Shown here: positions 24,464 to 43,537 of the stretch, one piece after another
Layout: every line of letters starts with the position of its first letter
How positions within the stretch are numbered: position 1 is the first letter of the stretch
From: Hormiphora californensis
Taxonomy: Eukaryota > Animalia > Ctenophora
Direction of reading: 5' to 3'
Assembly (NCBI GenBank): GCA_020137815.1
Contig: CM035350.1
Span: 7,564,001-7,628,000, forward strand
DNA length: 64,000 bases
Program-made: the position numbers and the translations under genes
The notes under the pieces: generated by a model
What the model was told of the DNA's origin: nothing
What the model saw: only the letters and a program-made list of their open reading frames with translations
The model's database searches: none

Positions 24464-26377
24464 TCAGAGAGTCTGTAAAGTTGGGGGTTCATACTCATCA
24501 TCATCTGCAATCCCCTTCCACAGAGTAGACCCCTTTTTCTTCATATACTTGGCAAACTCGTGGAGGATGATAGCAAGAGGGAGGGCCAGGAAGACTAGAC
24601 CACTAACTATGGCAATGGATCCCACCACCTTGCCCATAGAGGTCCGAGGTGTGACGTCACCATATCCAATACCCGTCAGGGTGACAACCGTCCACCACAT
24701 GGCACTGACAATGGACACTAACCCCGGGTCTCCCTCCCCTGGGTGCATTGTCTCCGTCGAGTAGATGGCAGATGCGAAGAATACCACCATGATGAGGAAG
24801 AGCTGGAGGAGGACCACCAAGTCACCAAGACTGCTCACCAACATGAATTCAAAAACAAACTGGAGCCGTTGGGAGTGCCTGACAATCCGGAATATCCGGG
24901 TAAATCGGAATGTCCGGATAATCCGGATAACAACCAGGCTCCTGACCTCGCTGTGGCCCACCAGTTGTATAATCTGGGGTACGTAGAATGGAACCAGGGA
25001 GATAAAATCACAGATGTTACTTCCGTTCGTTATGAATGATTTCACTCCTGTCATGGTGTTCTTACTAGGCCACGCTATCAACCTTAACATAAAGTCCACG
25101 GTGAAGAAGGCCTGTATACTGGGCTGTACGACACGGTTTACAATATGGAGGGCGCCTGATTGGAACGCGTGGTAGAAGATGTCCTCAGACTCCAGGAGGA
25201 TGAATGATAGAGAGAGAACGACAAGGAACACATCAACCACCATCCACAACATGGCCAGTTTGGAACTGTTAGGATTTGTTAGGAACACATACAGGGCCAA
25301 CTTCCGGGCAATCCACTTGCCGAGATCAGGCTCTAACTTCACTAGCATTGCAGCCGCCTCCTGTCTCTGTTCCTCAAGAGTTGGCTCTATTTCCTCTGTA
25401 TCCCCTCCCACTAGCTCATACCTGATCCTGAAATAGTCCAGTTCCCGTACCAGGGCTTCCTCTAGTTTCCCGTAACAATGGGGCTCGGGGGAGGCGGTGG
25501 CAGCGAAAAACCCTCCAGCCACAGTCAGTTGACCCTTTTGGTAATACTGGAGGATGAATTCAAAGAGCATTCTGTTCCGATCAAAAAAGAAACACTCTAG
25601 GTCAGTTCTGTAAAAGTTAAACAGTTCGTCTGATCCAAGGAGGGTATCTGGGTACCGCCTGAGAGACCCTAACCGCACTGAAAAATCCTCCCCGCCAACA
25701 TTTATCGGAATAACCCAATTCATGTCAAGTTTATAATCAACATCTCCAGGTAGAGTAAGATATGATGTATCATCTAGTGTGGGTATGTTGGGTGTGGCTC
25801 GGGAGGAACGTGGAACTGGCAGTGTCCGGGGTCTAGTCGGGGGTATCCTAATCTCACCCTCCTCTTTGAGAAACTGCTTGATTGTATCCGCTACACTGGC
25901 AGTAAAGGGGCTCATGGCCCTTGAGAAGTTATCATAACTTGTATAGTTCTCCTCTACGTGGATCCCACTTGTTGATCCCCTCTTACTGAGGGACCCTGCT
26001 GGTACCAACATCTTCTCAAGGTTGCCTCCGAACCATCCTACCCCGGGCCCACTGGGACCCACTACCACCACCGTGGGGGAGAGGGAGTATTTGATGATGG
26101 GAGGAGGGAGCGTGGCATCCGGTGCCGAGTGGAATATCTCTGAAGTGGATGTGGAGGCGGTGGACTCTCCGCCCAATGAGGAGGAGGATGAGGATGAGAA
26201 GGTTTCTTTGATCCGGGGTCGGTGTGCAGCTGGGGAGGGAGGTTCCACCTCATCAGGACTAAACAACAAAGTTCCATCTGTAACTATCCTCCGACTGGGC
26301 TTCGTCCTCCTTCTAGCTGCCCTTCTCCTAGCTGCCCCTCCCGATCCCCCGGCACGCTCCGAGGACCGTAGTAACAT
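24464..26377 (-). CDS. Intronless Shaker-family voltage-gated K+ channel subunit (637 aa), tandem paralog
   Basis: T1 (INVGGEDF..YPDTLLG..FFDRNR), S4 IRIIRTFRFTRIFRIVRHS, pore WWTVVTLTGIGYGD, S6 LALPLAIIL. Confidence 0.95.
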   Translation of the reverse strand: MLLRSSERAGGSGGAARRRAARRRTKPSRRIVTDGTLLFSPDEVEPPSPAAHRPRIKETFSSSSSSSLGGESTASTSTSEIFHSAPDATLPPPIIKYSLSPTVVVVGPSGPGVGWFGGNLEKMLVPAGSLSKRGSTSGIHVEENYTSYDNFSRAMSPFTASVADTIKQFLKEEGEIRIPPTRPRTLPVPRSSRATPNIPTLDDTSYLTLPGDVDYKLDMNWVIPINVGGEDFSVRLGSLRRYPDTLLGSDELFNFYRTDLECFFFDRNRMLFEFILQYYQKGQLTVAGGFFAATASPEPHCYGKLEEALVRELDYFRIRYELVGGDTEEIEPTLEEQRQEAAAMLVKLEPDLGKWIARKLALYVFLTNPNSSKLAMLWMVVDVFLVVLSLSFILLESEDIFYHAFQSGALHIVNRVVQPSIQAFFTVDFMLRLIAWPSKNTMTGVKSFITNGSNICDFISLVPFYVPQIIQLVGHSEVRSLVVIRIIRTFRFTRIFRIVRHSQRLQFVFEFMLVSSLGDLVVLLQLFLIMVVFFASAIYSTETMHPGEGDPGLVSIVSAMWWTVVTLTGIGYGDVTPRTSMGKVVGSIAIVSGLVFLALPLAIILHEFAKYMKKKGSTLWKGIADDDEYEPPTLQTL

Positions 26378-27223
26378 GGGAGAGTCCCAGATATATCAAT
26401 TTGAGAGATTGATGGTATAATACAACTTGTATTGTGAGTACGTGTGCAAATACAAATAATCAAGTGGTAGTGAATTTTCGTATAAACTTCTCTCAGCTGG
26501 CCAGATTTAGCTGGTGTACAGCTAAAAGTATCTCTATTAGATTAACAGCTCTGAAGCCATGTCAGATGGTGTGATTGTAGCGACTCCTGCCAGGTGTATG
26601 GGTTATGGGATGGGTTAAAACACCCCGCAGCCAACCAACCTGGTATATGATGTGTGGGTGTGGTTTGTATACGTCCTCATCCTCTCCATGTCGCCATATT
26701 GCAGTAGTTGGGGAGGAGGGTTGTAGTTGTACACATGCAGCACAGCATTGACAGCGAATAAATACATGCAGCTATATGAGGAGTGTTTTTAATAGGGGGG
26801 GGGGGGCTTTAGTACAAAAAAACACAACAAAAACACGTGATTTTTAGGAAATGTTGGAACTGGAATTTAAATAATAGGAAATCAACTCAATTTCTCTTTC
26901 TCTCTGATTATGCTTTGGTAACTGATTCTCTTTACATTGGTACTACAGTAAACTAACACATAACACAACTAAATAAACTAACAACAGCTACAAAGATCTG
27001 TACAAAACTAAAAACGTCATAATAATAATATAATTCTCGTCATGCTACTTTATGCCACGCCTGGTTTCTTAAATAGATCTGGTAGGCGTTACCAGTCAGA
27101 TATAACAAGTAGGCATCAACATATTATATCAACATAATGTTTATCACCAGTAATGACTTGTCAGAAATGGGGGTGACAATGCCATATCAGAGTCTCTCTC
27201 TCTCTCTCTCTCTCAGTCCACAC

Positions 27224-34738
<7,515 letters not shown>

Positions 34739-34834
34739 CTAAATATTAGGAAAGGGTTTGAAAGACTTGAAAGGTGCTATTGCCTAGCTCTTTCTCCCCC
34801 GCAAACACATAGTAAATTAAAGGAATACCTCTAA

Positions 34835-35460
34835 TTTATTAACTCATTATTATCTACATTACCCTATAAAGTGATTTAGGTGTGACTCTGCGGCGTAAGC
34901 GTCTAATAGGCCTGCCTCAATTGCTCTATATACAGGGACTTAAATATTATATTTTTATGTGGATACTTTTCCTGTATATGTTGCAAATTAGTTAAAATCA
35001 AATCAATTCAGTCGGGAAAACTATCCCACTTGGATAACATTGTACGGATAAAAGAGAAGCCGTCTGGATCTTCTAGTCGTATCCGTTTCAAGTGGGAACT
35101 GAGAGCTTTTTGCTCCTTCAGTTAGATCCGGAGATAGATAACAGCCGAAAACTGTTGGAGTCTTTGAGGTTTCGTGCTTTTTGAGAAGCGCCAGGAGAGT
35201 CGCTCTCCTCTCCAGGGATACTAAGAGCGGTCTAGGACGTTTCTCATTTCTTTCCCCGATGCGTTTTTATCGTTGTCACTTTCGGTTTCTCTTGCAGTTC
35301 CTCAAAAAGTTCGTCTAAAGTAGTTTTAGCTACTCTATCGGTTGTTTCTTGGAGACCAAACACAATCAGGTTCTTCTCTCTTCCGGGCTGTTGGACGGGA
35401 GTAGGGTGGTGCGACGTTAGTGGTTTTACCACTTTAGGGGAGGTTGCAGCACAATTCTGT
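34835..35460 (-). mobile_element. Degenerate CR1/L2-type LINE remnant (ORF1 C-terminal fragment)
   Basis: REKNLIVFGLQE..RPRPL..YLSPDL motifs typical of CR1/L2 ORF1, frameshifted. Confidence 0.6.
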
Positions 35461-35603
35461 GCAATTATTATTATTATTATTATTAAATCTTGTATACAAA
35501 ATACATAACGCTTCTTTCTTGTAAGCTATACGGAATTAACTACTGAAAAGATTCACTGCTGATTAGATTCTATGCTCTTGATTTCTCTAAACTTAGTGAT
35601 AAG

Positions 35604-35634
<31 letters not shown>

Positions 35635-36059
35635 TATATTATATTAGTGCTGTAGTAATATAATAGTTGTAACAGATAATGATTAATACAGTTAATAAAT
35701 TAAGTAATGTAATAAGTTAATTAATTAATGTAATAAGTTAATAAGATAACAATAGTAATAATGGTTAATTAAGCTATGTAATGTAGTAGAGAAAAGCTAC
35801 ATTACTAGGCTATAGTAAAAATAGTGAAAAAGATTATTTTCACGGAATCACACGTAATTCAAATTTTAAAGACGAATATTTAAGATAAGTAGAAAACTTA
35901 AGACTAATTTAGGACTAATTTAAGACTTAATTAAGACTAATTCAAGACTAATTTAAGAATATTTAGAGACTAATTTATGACAATGAAGCTTGGATAACTA
36001 ATTTACCTACTAAATAAAGTATAAACTTACGATAGCTGCTACGTTACGTCAATAGATTA

Positions 36060-38973
36060 TCATCAAATGTAGAATTCTCTAATATATGTGCTACTAGCAT
36101 TCTGAACTTGCGTTTCACGTTTTTGTCTTGACAAAATATTAAGGGGATACGGTAGTTAATTCGTAGATGGCTAAAGAACTGAGCTCCTGTCTTAGAGCAG
36201 ACACTGCCCCTGCAGATACACATTCAAATAGTTTGTGGTAAGATGAGTCGGGCAACAACCCACACTCTAGGCATGTCGGAACGGACACCGTGCTGTCATG
36301 CTGCAGATACCGGAACGCAAAGTTCTGAAAACGTAGATTATGACCGTGAGTGAAGTCGATAATCGCCGTAGATTCTCCTCTACTGAGAGCTCGATGGAGA
36401 AGAGGGGTGAGAACAACTTCCCTTGTGTTGACCAGTCTTCTCAAGTCCTCCACCGTGTGACTAGGTTCCAGCGTATATTCATCGGTTTTGAAAAGGTGTT
36501 CCATTTGTTGTTTGACGGTATCATCCCACAGTTTGTATCCGTAGTCGTCTATTTCTCCTTTGGTGTACAATAGCTGATCTCGCTCATAGTTTATCAAGTC
36601 ACATCTTCTGAGAAAGCTCCTTCTTCTCGTAGCTGCCGGAACATTAGCATCTGTGCTCTCCTGATCCTGGTCCTCCACCCATCGGAGATAGCATTTGGTC
36701 ATGGTTAGATGATGTGCGAACTTATGGTACGGTTCCGAGTCAATTTGTAGAAGTTTGGCACTGATGCTATCCTCAGCTAGCAACCCTTTCAGCACAAATT
36801 TGATCGTCAGAATCCTCAAGGTGACTGCAAGAGGTGGTACTGTTGTGAGAAGGTCTCCTATCATGTTTGGGACATGAAACTGACTTCCCAGGATTTTCAG
36901 CTTGGCTCGAGCCATGAGGTCTTTAAAGCTTGATATCCGGTCTTCCAGCCAGAGAGGGGGCCGCGTATAGTAGCTTCGTAAGCACCACTTTTTTGAAAAG
37001 TAAAGCCAACGAAGTACTATTCAGTCCATCCGTTCTAGTTGTGGATGTCGAGAGTCTACTCCATGCAAACCAGCATTTCTTTAAGGTAAAGGACGCATGT
37101 TGTTGAAAGTTCAGGTCTTTGTCTAGGTAAACGCCCAAAACCTTGCTGGAATCTGCATATAAAATTTCTTCATTGCCGAGGTAGAATTTTGGAAGTACTG
37201 TCGGTGGTTCTGATCTTTTAGGACGTACAACAAGGATTTCAGTCTTGTCTTTTCCACAGTTCACCACCAGCCGCCAAGTCCTACACCATTCGTAGATGTA
37301 TTGTAGTACTCTTTGCATAGATGATTCACATTCTTTGTCTGTACCAGTGATAACTACAGTTCCATCGTCTGCAAATTTGAATGTTTCAGTGTGGTGACGA
37401 ATATCAGTTGGTAAGTTTCTCGTAGTCAGAAGATCTCCGATGTAAAGGATAAATAGGAGAGGCGAAAGTACTGCTCCTTGTGGTAATCCTGTGGTTCCAC
37501 AGATTCTGGCTCGTCCCACCTTTCCGTTGCCCGACCTCCCATATGTTTCAGAGTTCTCGGGTGAACCCCATCTCCATCCGCTGCCTTTCCACTCCAATCC
37601 TGTGCTGAGATCGCCTGTTCCACTTCTCTTCGTTCCACTTTGCTATTCAGTAGGTTCTCCTCTCCAGGTTCCTCGTCCGTTAAATCCACTGACATGATGT
37701 CCTCCACTTGCCTGCATATCCGCCTGTACTCCTCTTCATCGAAGTCCCTGTTCTTGAGGTGTTCCCCTTCAAAGTACGTCCTAAACAGTATATCTTCTTT
37801 TTCTGATTGACTGTGTTTCAGGGTGCCTTCAAAATCCAAACACCCTATGAAATTTTCCTCTTGGGCCAAGAACAATCCTCTGTAGCGCTTCCAGAAAAGA
37901 TTACTGTCGTGCACATTTAACCCTTGAAGTCGTTCATGTATCCACTTGTTCTTACTCTTAATCAGCGTCTCCTTGAAGATGGCTTTCGCTGCTTCCACGA
38001 GTTCTTTATTCCGAGTTGTTCGCCTGAATTGATAGTGTCGTAGAGCTCCTTGGAGATTTTTTGATAGTCCCGACAGTTCATGTGTCCAGAATGGTTTGCT
38101 ATATCGACAGATAGTCTTCTTCGAGATGAATAGTTCACATGCTTCTCTATGTATCCTCAGAAACTCCTTGTACAAGTCCTCTGGATCTTCAGTTCCACGT
38201 ATTTCCGGAAGATGACGCTCCAAAAATTCCTTCCACTCGTCCCACTCTGCTTCCTCGTAGTTGAATACCCTCTTCCGCTGTATGTGTTTATTGACCTGAC
38301 CAATTGTTATATGTACTGGTATGTGTCCTCGATCCGGCGCTCCAGTGAACAGACAAAGCCCTTCGTCCTGATCGACCCAAAGTCCCCTAAGTGGTCCAGA
38401 GTTGCCAAATATCAATGTTAGATCTATGACACTACCTCCTCCAGCGCATAGAAACGTATTCCTCATCGGTGATAAGATCCGGGCCCCCTGCTGGTTACAA
38501 AATGTCTCTAGTAGATGACCATTGCTGTTGTAAAGTCTATCGCCCCAAGCTTGTCCTCTCGCGTTAAAGTCCCCCATGACTTGGAGAGTAGCAACCCCGT
38601 TTGCATAACAGTATCTCCAAGCCTCTTGAATGGTGCTCAGTAGTCTGCTGAGGTCCGACGACGGGCTACTGTATACCGAAGCATACATCACAGGTCGCTT
38701 TGAAGGTGTTGCAATCACGAAAACAGCTGCAACACCCTTTACTTCTAAACTGGGAATTCTCTGAGGATAGAACGACTTATCAACCGAGATGGTGACACCT
38801 TGATCGTCTGCAACTCCAAAAGTTCGTAGGTTTTTGAAAACGTCCTCGTTTGGTACCGTACCGGTTTCCTGCAGTGCCAGTACCGTGATGTTTCTATCGG
38901 AACAATAGTGGTCAATCGCTGTACTGGAATGAGAAGAGAGGCCCGAAATATTTAGTTGACAGATACTAACCAT
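36060..38973 (-). pseudogene. LINE ORF2 (APE endonuclease + reverse transcriptase), disrupted
   Basis: LALQET, MGDFNA, SVIDL (EN); GLPQGAVLSPLLF, FADD, KVLGV (RT); CLECG..H..C. Frame breaks near 37530, 36950 and 36150; the N-terminal RT subdomains are missing. Confidence 0.9.
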
Positions 38974-40615
38974 GATGAAGATCGTTTTGATGGGCAGTAT
39001 ATACTGGACAGGTTGTACTGTTGGAGTTGTGATTTCCACTGCAGTGGATACACTTGGCCTCGGCTTGACAGGGATCTGCTGTATGCGTGCTTACCCTCTC
39101 ACCACATTGAACGCAGGCCTCGTTGTTATTGCACCATGCGGTCCAGTGCCCGTATTTCCAACACTTTCGACATTGGAGCGGTTTGATCACCCGTCTGTCG
39201 ATATACTCACGTATACGGAAGTGCCTTGTGTCTATGTTTAGTCCCATAGTTATAGCCTTATTCCTCAGATCTTCCGATTCAAAGATTAGCCGTACAGAGT
39301 ATCTTGGGTTTCCATTGTTATCAGTGAATCTGTAAACTTTTGGCGTTGTTCCCAGTTCTTCCGAGCAGGCTTCCATAATCTCAGTATCAGAGACTTCTAG
39401 AGGAACATGATCCATAACTGCCTTTTGACTCGGACCTGTGTTAGCGAGGATGACGGCTGAGGTTTTAGTCCCTTCACCCCCAAAGAATTTATGTTGCCAC
39501 CCGTCAACTACCTTATGTGCATCTGCAGGGGATGTCAATTCTATAAGCAATGAACCCCTAGTGGTAGGTTTAAATTGGTCTACTGGCATGTTAGGATAGT
39601 TTAAATTAAATTCAGTCAAGATTAAATGTCCCTGTGCTAAATATCTACTATAATTAACCACCCCTCTCACTTGTACAGTCCGTTTTGGATCACATCTCGA
39701 CTTCCCTACTTCTCTCGTTCCCTCAGGCATCTTAGGCCTCACCGTTCCACCGATTGACTGTCCCATGGTGTTCACTCTTCCGGCATCTTGCCATGTTGAA
39801 TCATTGGCTGGTTCACGGATCAGGACGTCCCTGCGACGGGCTGGGCTGAATGTTACATTGTTTGAGCTCACAGCAGATGTTGTACTAGCAGTGTTCAAAG
39901 GAGGAGTCAAGTAACTCTTGTTCAATGATTTACCGACTTCCTCTACAATATTGGTGTTTATATCGGTAAGAAACGCGGTAACTTTGCCTATCATGGCCTG
40001 CTCAAAGTTTTCTAAACGATCGTCCAATATCTTCTGGGTAAGTACAGACGGTTCGTTGCTCATACTCTTAATAGTACAGTTCAGTTCATCGTCCCTACAG
40101 CTGGGACAGAACCATGCTAAACCCTCGTATTCGTTTATCAGCAAACAGGTTTTATCATCATCTAGAACGGCAGAACAGTCACTATTTCGGCATGTTACAG
40201 TATACTCTCCATTGATGGTTGACGGGGCATTAGATGCCTGCTCATGTAGATCGTCCAAAAGTTCAAGCGTGAGACAGTACGCACTCCTCAATAACTGTAG
40301 TATATCAGTACGGCTGGGCTTGGAAGACGGGGGATTTGGTGATCCCTTGGTGACAAAATTCATTAACCCTTTCTGTTCAACTGCGGCTTTCAACGCAAGA
40401 AATCCATCGTGGGTGTCTCGAACAGCAAGCACAGAAGAGTAGGCTTTCACCTTCTGCACCGAAGTTGACACTGCACTTAGTTGTTGCTTTTGGGCTTCAA
40501 TAACCGTTTGCTGAAGCTCAATCACGCTAAGACGGTGGCGATCAAGTTCTTCTTTGCATTCACGTAGTTGCTTCTCGAGTTTTTCTGCGCTGATAACATT
40601 TTCAAAATTGTTCAT
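38966..40615 (-). CDS. LINE ORF1 (coiled coil, PHD-like Cys cluster, RRM-like region, three zinc knuckles)
   Basis: QCRKCWKYGHWTAWC, CVQCGERVSTH..C, CIHCSGNH..C; WFCPSC; first ATG at 40615. Confidence 0.88.
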   Translation of the reverse strand: MNNFENVISAEKLEKQLRECKEELDRHRLSVIELQQTVIEAQKQQLSAVSTSVQKVKAYSSVLAVRDTHDGFLALKAAVEQKGLMNFVTKGSPNPPSSKPSRTDILQLLRSAYCLTLELLDDLHEQASNAPSTINGEYTVTCRNSDCSAVLDDDKTCLLINEYEGLAWFCPSCRDDELNCTIKSMSNEPSVLTQKILDDRLENFEQAMIGKVTAFLTDINTNIVEEVGKSLNKSYLTPPLNTASTTSAVSSNNVTFSPARRRDVLIREPANDSTWQDAGRVNTMGQSIGGTVRPKMPEGTREVGKSRCDPKRTVQVRGVVNYSRYLAQGHLILTEFNLNYPNMPVDQFKPTTRGSLLIELTSPADAHKVVDGWQHKFFGGEGTKTSAVILANTGPSQKAVMDHVPLEVSDTEIMEACSEELGTTPKVYRFTDNNGNPRYSVRLIFESEDLRNKAITMGLNIDTRHFRIREYIDRRVIKPLQCRKCWKYGHWTAWCNNNEACVQCGERVSTHTADPCQAEAKCIHCSGNHNSNSTTCPVYTAHQNDLHHG

Positions 40616-41263
40616 TGTTGCTCTGGCGCCGTTACGATCTGGGTGTTTGGTGGCCTGTTTACAGGTGCGAGCTGCCAAAAAAGCTTATTCACTAAAACGA
40701 CTCAACCGTTTTGGCTAATGCAAAGCTTTTCCGCTAGGTAATGTCAAGGCCTAACCCCAACACAAATCCCAACCCTAACCCTAACCCTACTTTAGCCCCA
40801 ACTCTTAAAAATCGTTTGTCAGCACTCACGAAACACCCAGATTTTAACGCTGGCCGCGACTCACTTGGCCAACGCTGCACTGCAGGCCCTGAAGCCGTGG
40901 GAAACGCCCGCACTAGGGGTCTGCAACGCATGCCAAGCGACTCACGAGCTGCACTTTTTCGACAAAAAAGCGATCTCAATTTCTTTTTTTTATCGGCAAA
41001 AAATAAAAATTTAAGGGCGCGCGCCGTGTTTATAAAGTATTTCGCGCGGCTCATTATTTGCGCGTGCAAAATCTTCTACCGCTGCCCCTGGCCCTACAAT
41101 TTAATTACTTCCAATTAATTTAAGTATTTTCGTTATAGACGAAACTTCGAAACAATTAACAACTCAGATATCAAATTCAATATTAAACTTAAAGTGTTGT
41201 TACACTTACACAATCAAATAGCCTTCCCCAGTGAAAGTGAACCCTTTCCAGAGCTGTCAGGCC

Positions 41264-42448
41264 GGCAGGTGAGTAGAACTTCGCTCCTAATAAAAGGCTG
41301 CAATAAAAGGCTGCAATAAAAGGCTGCAATAAAAGGCTGCAGAAAAAGGCTGCAATAAAAGGCTGCAATAAAAGGCTGCAATAAAAGGCTGCAATAAAAG
41401 GCTGCAATAAAAGGCTGCAATAAAAGGCTGCAAGGGATCACGTATCCAACCAGACTAAAGCGGGGGATAGACCGAATCGTCCTCCCCTAATAGTGTTTCG
41501 TATCACGTATCGGCTGTAGTGAGACCGAATCACCCTCCCCTAATTATAGTGATTCGTGTCACGTATCCAACTAGACCATAGGCAATAGAGAGAGACCGAG
41601 ATAGAGAGCGAGTACGAGTGAGAACTGAGAGTGTGAAAAATCAGAATCACGGTATGGTATCACGTACCATGGTATCCTCTAATGAAAAGCGGTTACCAAT
41701 TGACAATGAGACCTCATCGGTCCCGATACGTGATTCTCTACCGCTATGTATTCTCCATTAGTCTTTCCGTATCGATCCACGATTCAGTAGAGGTAGTCAG
41801 TAACTACTGAGAGTGTTGGTCTAATGAGGTAGGGTAGATCTATTGATTGAGCGTGTAGCACAATCACAGGTGAACCACCCAACCACTTGGTTCACCTATC
41901 ATAGTATTATGTGTGATTCCGCTCTACTGAATTGTGTACATAAAGACTATTGGCGAATAACGGTAGAAAATCAGTAATCACGTATTGGCACCGATTAGGT
42001 CAAATAATAGGTAACCGCCTTTCATTTAATTAATTAGAGGATATCATGAAACGTGATACAATACTTGATTAGTCGCCCATGATTCGGATCTCTCACTCTC
42101 ACCTCTCTAACTCTCTATCTCCGTCTATCTACCGCCTATGGTTTAGTTGGATACCAGGCACGAATCACTATAATTAGGGGCGGGTGATTCGGTCTCTCTA
42201 CCGCTTATGGTAGAAACCGATACGTGAAACAAAACACTATTAGGGGAGGACGATTCGGTCTATCTCCTGCTTTAGTGCTTTAGTCCAGTTGGATATGTGA
42301 TCCATTGCAGCCTTTTATTGCAGCCTTTTATTGCAGCCTTTTAATGCAGCCTTTTATTGCAGCCTTTTTCTGCAGCCTTTTATTGCAGCCTTTTTCTGCA
42401 GCCTTTTATTGCAGCCTTTTATTAGGAGCGAAGTTCTACTCACCTGCC
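41264..42448. mobile_element. Foldback-type non-autonomous DNA transposon with 8-bp TSD
   Basis: TIR GGCAGGTGAGTAGAACTTCGCTCCTAATAAAAGGCTGC, inverted (AAGGCTGCAATAA)n arrays, near-total palindrome, TSD GTCAGGCC at 41256-41263 and 42449-42456. Confidence 0.92.
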
Positions 42449-42544
42449 GTCAGGCCAATGCTCTGACCTGGACCACAGATCTCGCGCTTTGAGAGAAATG
42501 AGAATAGGGTCAGGCCAATGCTCTGACAGTTCCAGAGCCTTTAA

Positions 42545-43013
42545 AGTGAGAGTGGACCGAATCAGAATTGGACAAGTTTGTTGTAGGTGGTAGAGATTAG
42601 CTTTCTGAGCATTTTCCGTTTTTGCCGCTCAAAATCGACCCACCCATCACTGAGATATTTTTGTTATGTTGGGAGAATTCCTGCTTGATCAGTATTTATC
42701 AAACAGGATAGAAACAATCCTTGTGTTTTACTAACACATTCTTTAAATTTTCAATATACTATCTTGCATTGTTCTGCTTCTGTGCATGGACATGTCAACC
42801 TCACTGCTTATATTCAGAATGTGTTAGTAAAACACGATTATTGTTTCTATTCTGTTTTTTACATACTGATTAAACGAGAGTTCTCCCAACATAACAAAAA
42901 TATCTCAGTGATGGGTGGGTCGATTTTGAGCGGCAAAAACGCAAAATGCTCAGAGAGCTAATCTCTACTACCTACAACAAACTTGTCCAATTCTGATTCG
43001 GTCCACTCTCACT
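42545..43013. mobile_element. TTAA-flanked palindromic MITE (Kolobok-like)
   Basis: ~200-bp TIRs starting AGTGAGAGTGGACCGAATCAG; TTAA at 42541-42544 and 43014-43017. Confidence 0.85.
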
Positions 43014-43451
43014 TTAAACATGCACTCGTTCCTGCATGCACCTCCCCCTTCTTTCTGTTTTAATCTTCCCGTCGAGATCTGCAGCAGTTTTGCAGCTGAC
43101 TCTCCTCCCCGGCTCCCTCCTTAACCTAATTATTTTCAGGACAGTGGCACGATACCATCTTATCTCAGTTCTCAAGGTCTCTCCCTAGTAATCCCCTAGT
43201 CTGTCCATTCCAGCATTGAACCCTTTTCTCAACTAATTTACCCAATGTCTCAGATTTATTGGTTCAACCAATTTGAGCCTAGAGGACTGTTTTCGTTTTC
43301 CCCCATCCTTACCTCTGCGGCCTCTCTCTCTCTCTCTCTCTCTCGCTCTCCCTCTTTCTCCCTCTCCCTCCCTTATCTCTCGCTCTGTCCTCCTCTCTTT
43401 TTCTCCTTCCAGACCTTCTTCTCTCAGCACTATCTCTCTCTCTCGCTCTCT

Positions 43452-43537
<86 letters not shown>

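Larger units (their letters stand above)
35464..40730 (-). mobile_element. Non-LTR retrotransposon (LINE, I/Jockey-like group), near full-length, with internal RT deletion
   Basis: ORF1 with gag knuckles, ORF2 EN+RT+C-terminal CCHC, AT-rich 3'UTR and (AAT)n tail at 35464-35484. 5' boundary approximate. Confidence 0.92.

Noticed and set aside
40750-40800. Telomere-like (CCCTAA)n
   Set aside because: Only about three perfect units, internal, next to transposon sequence.
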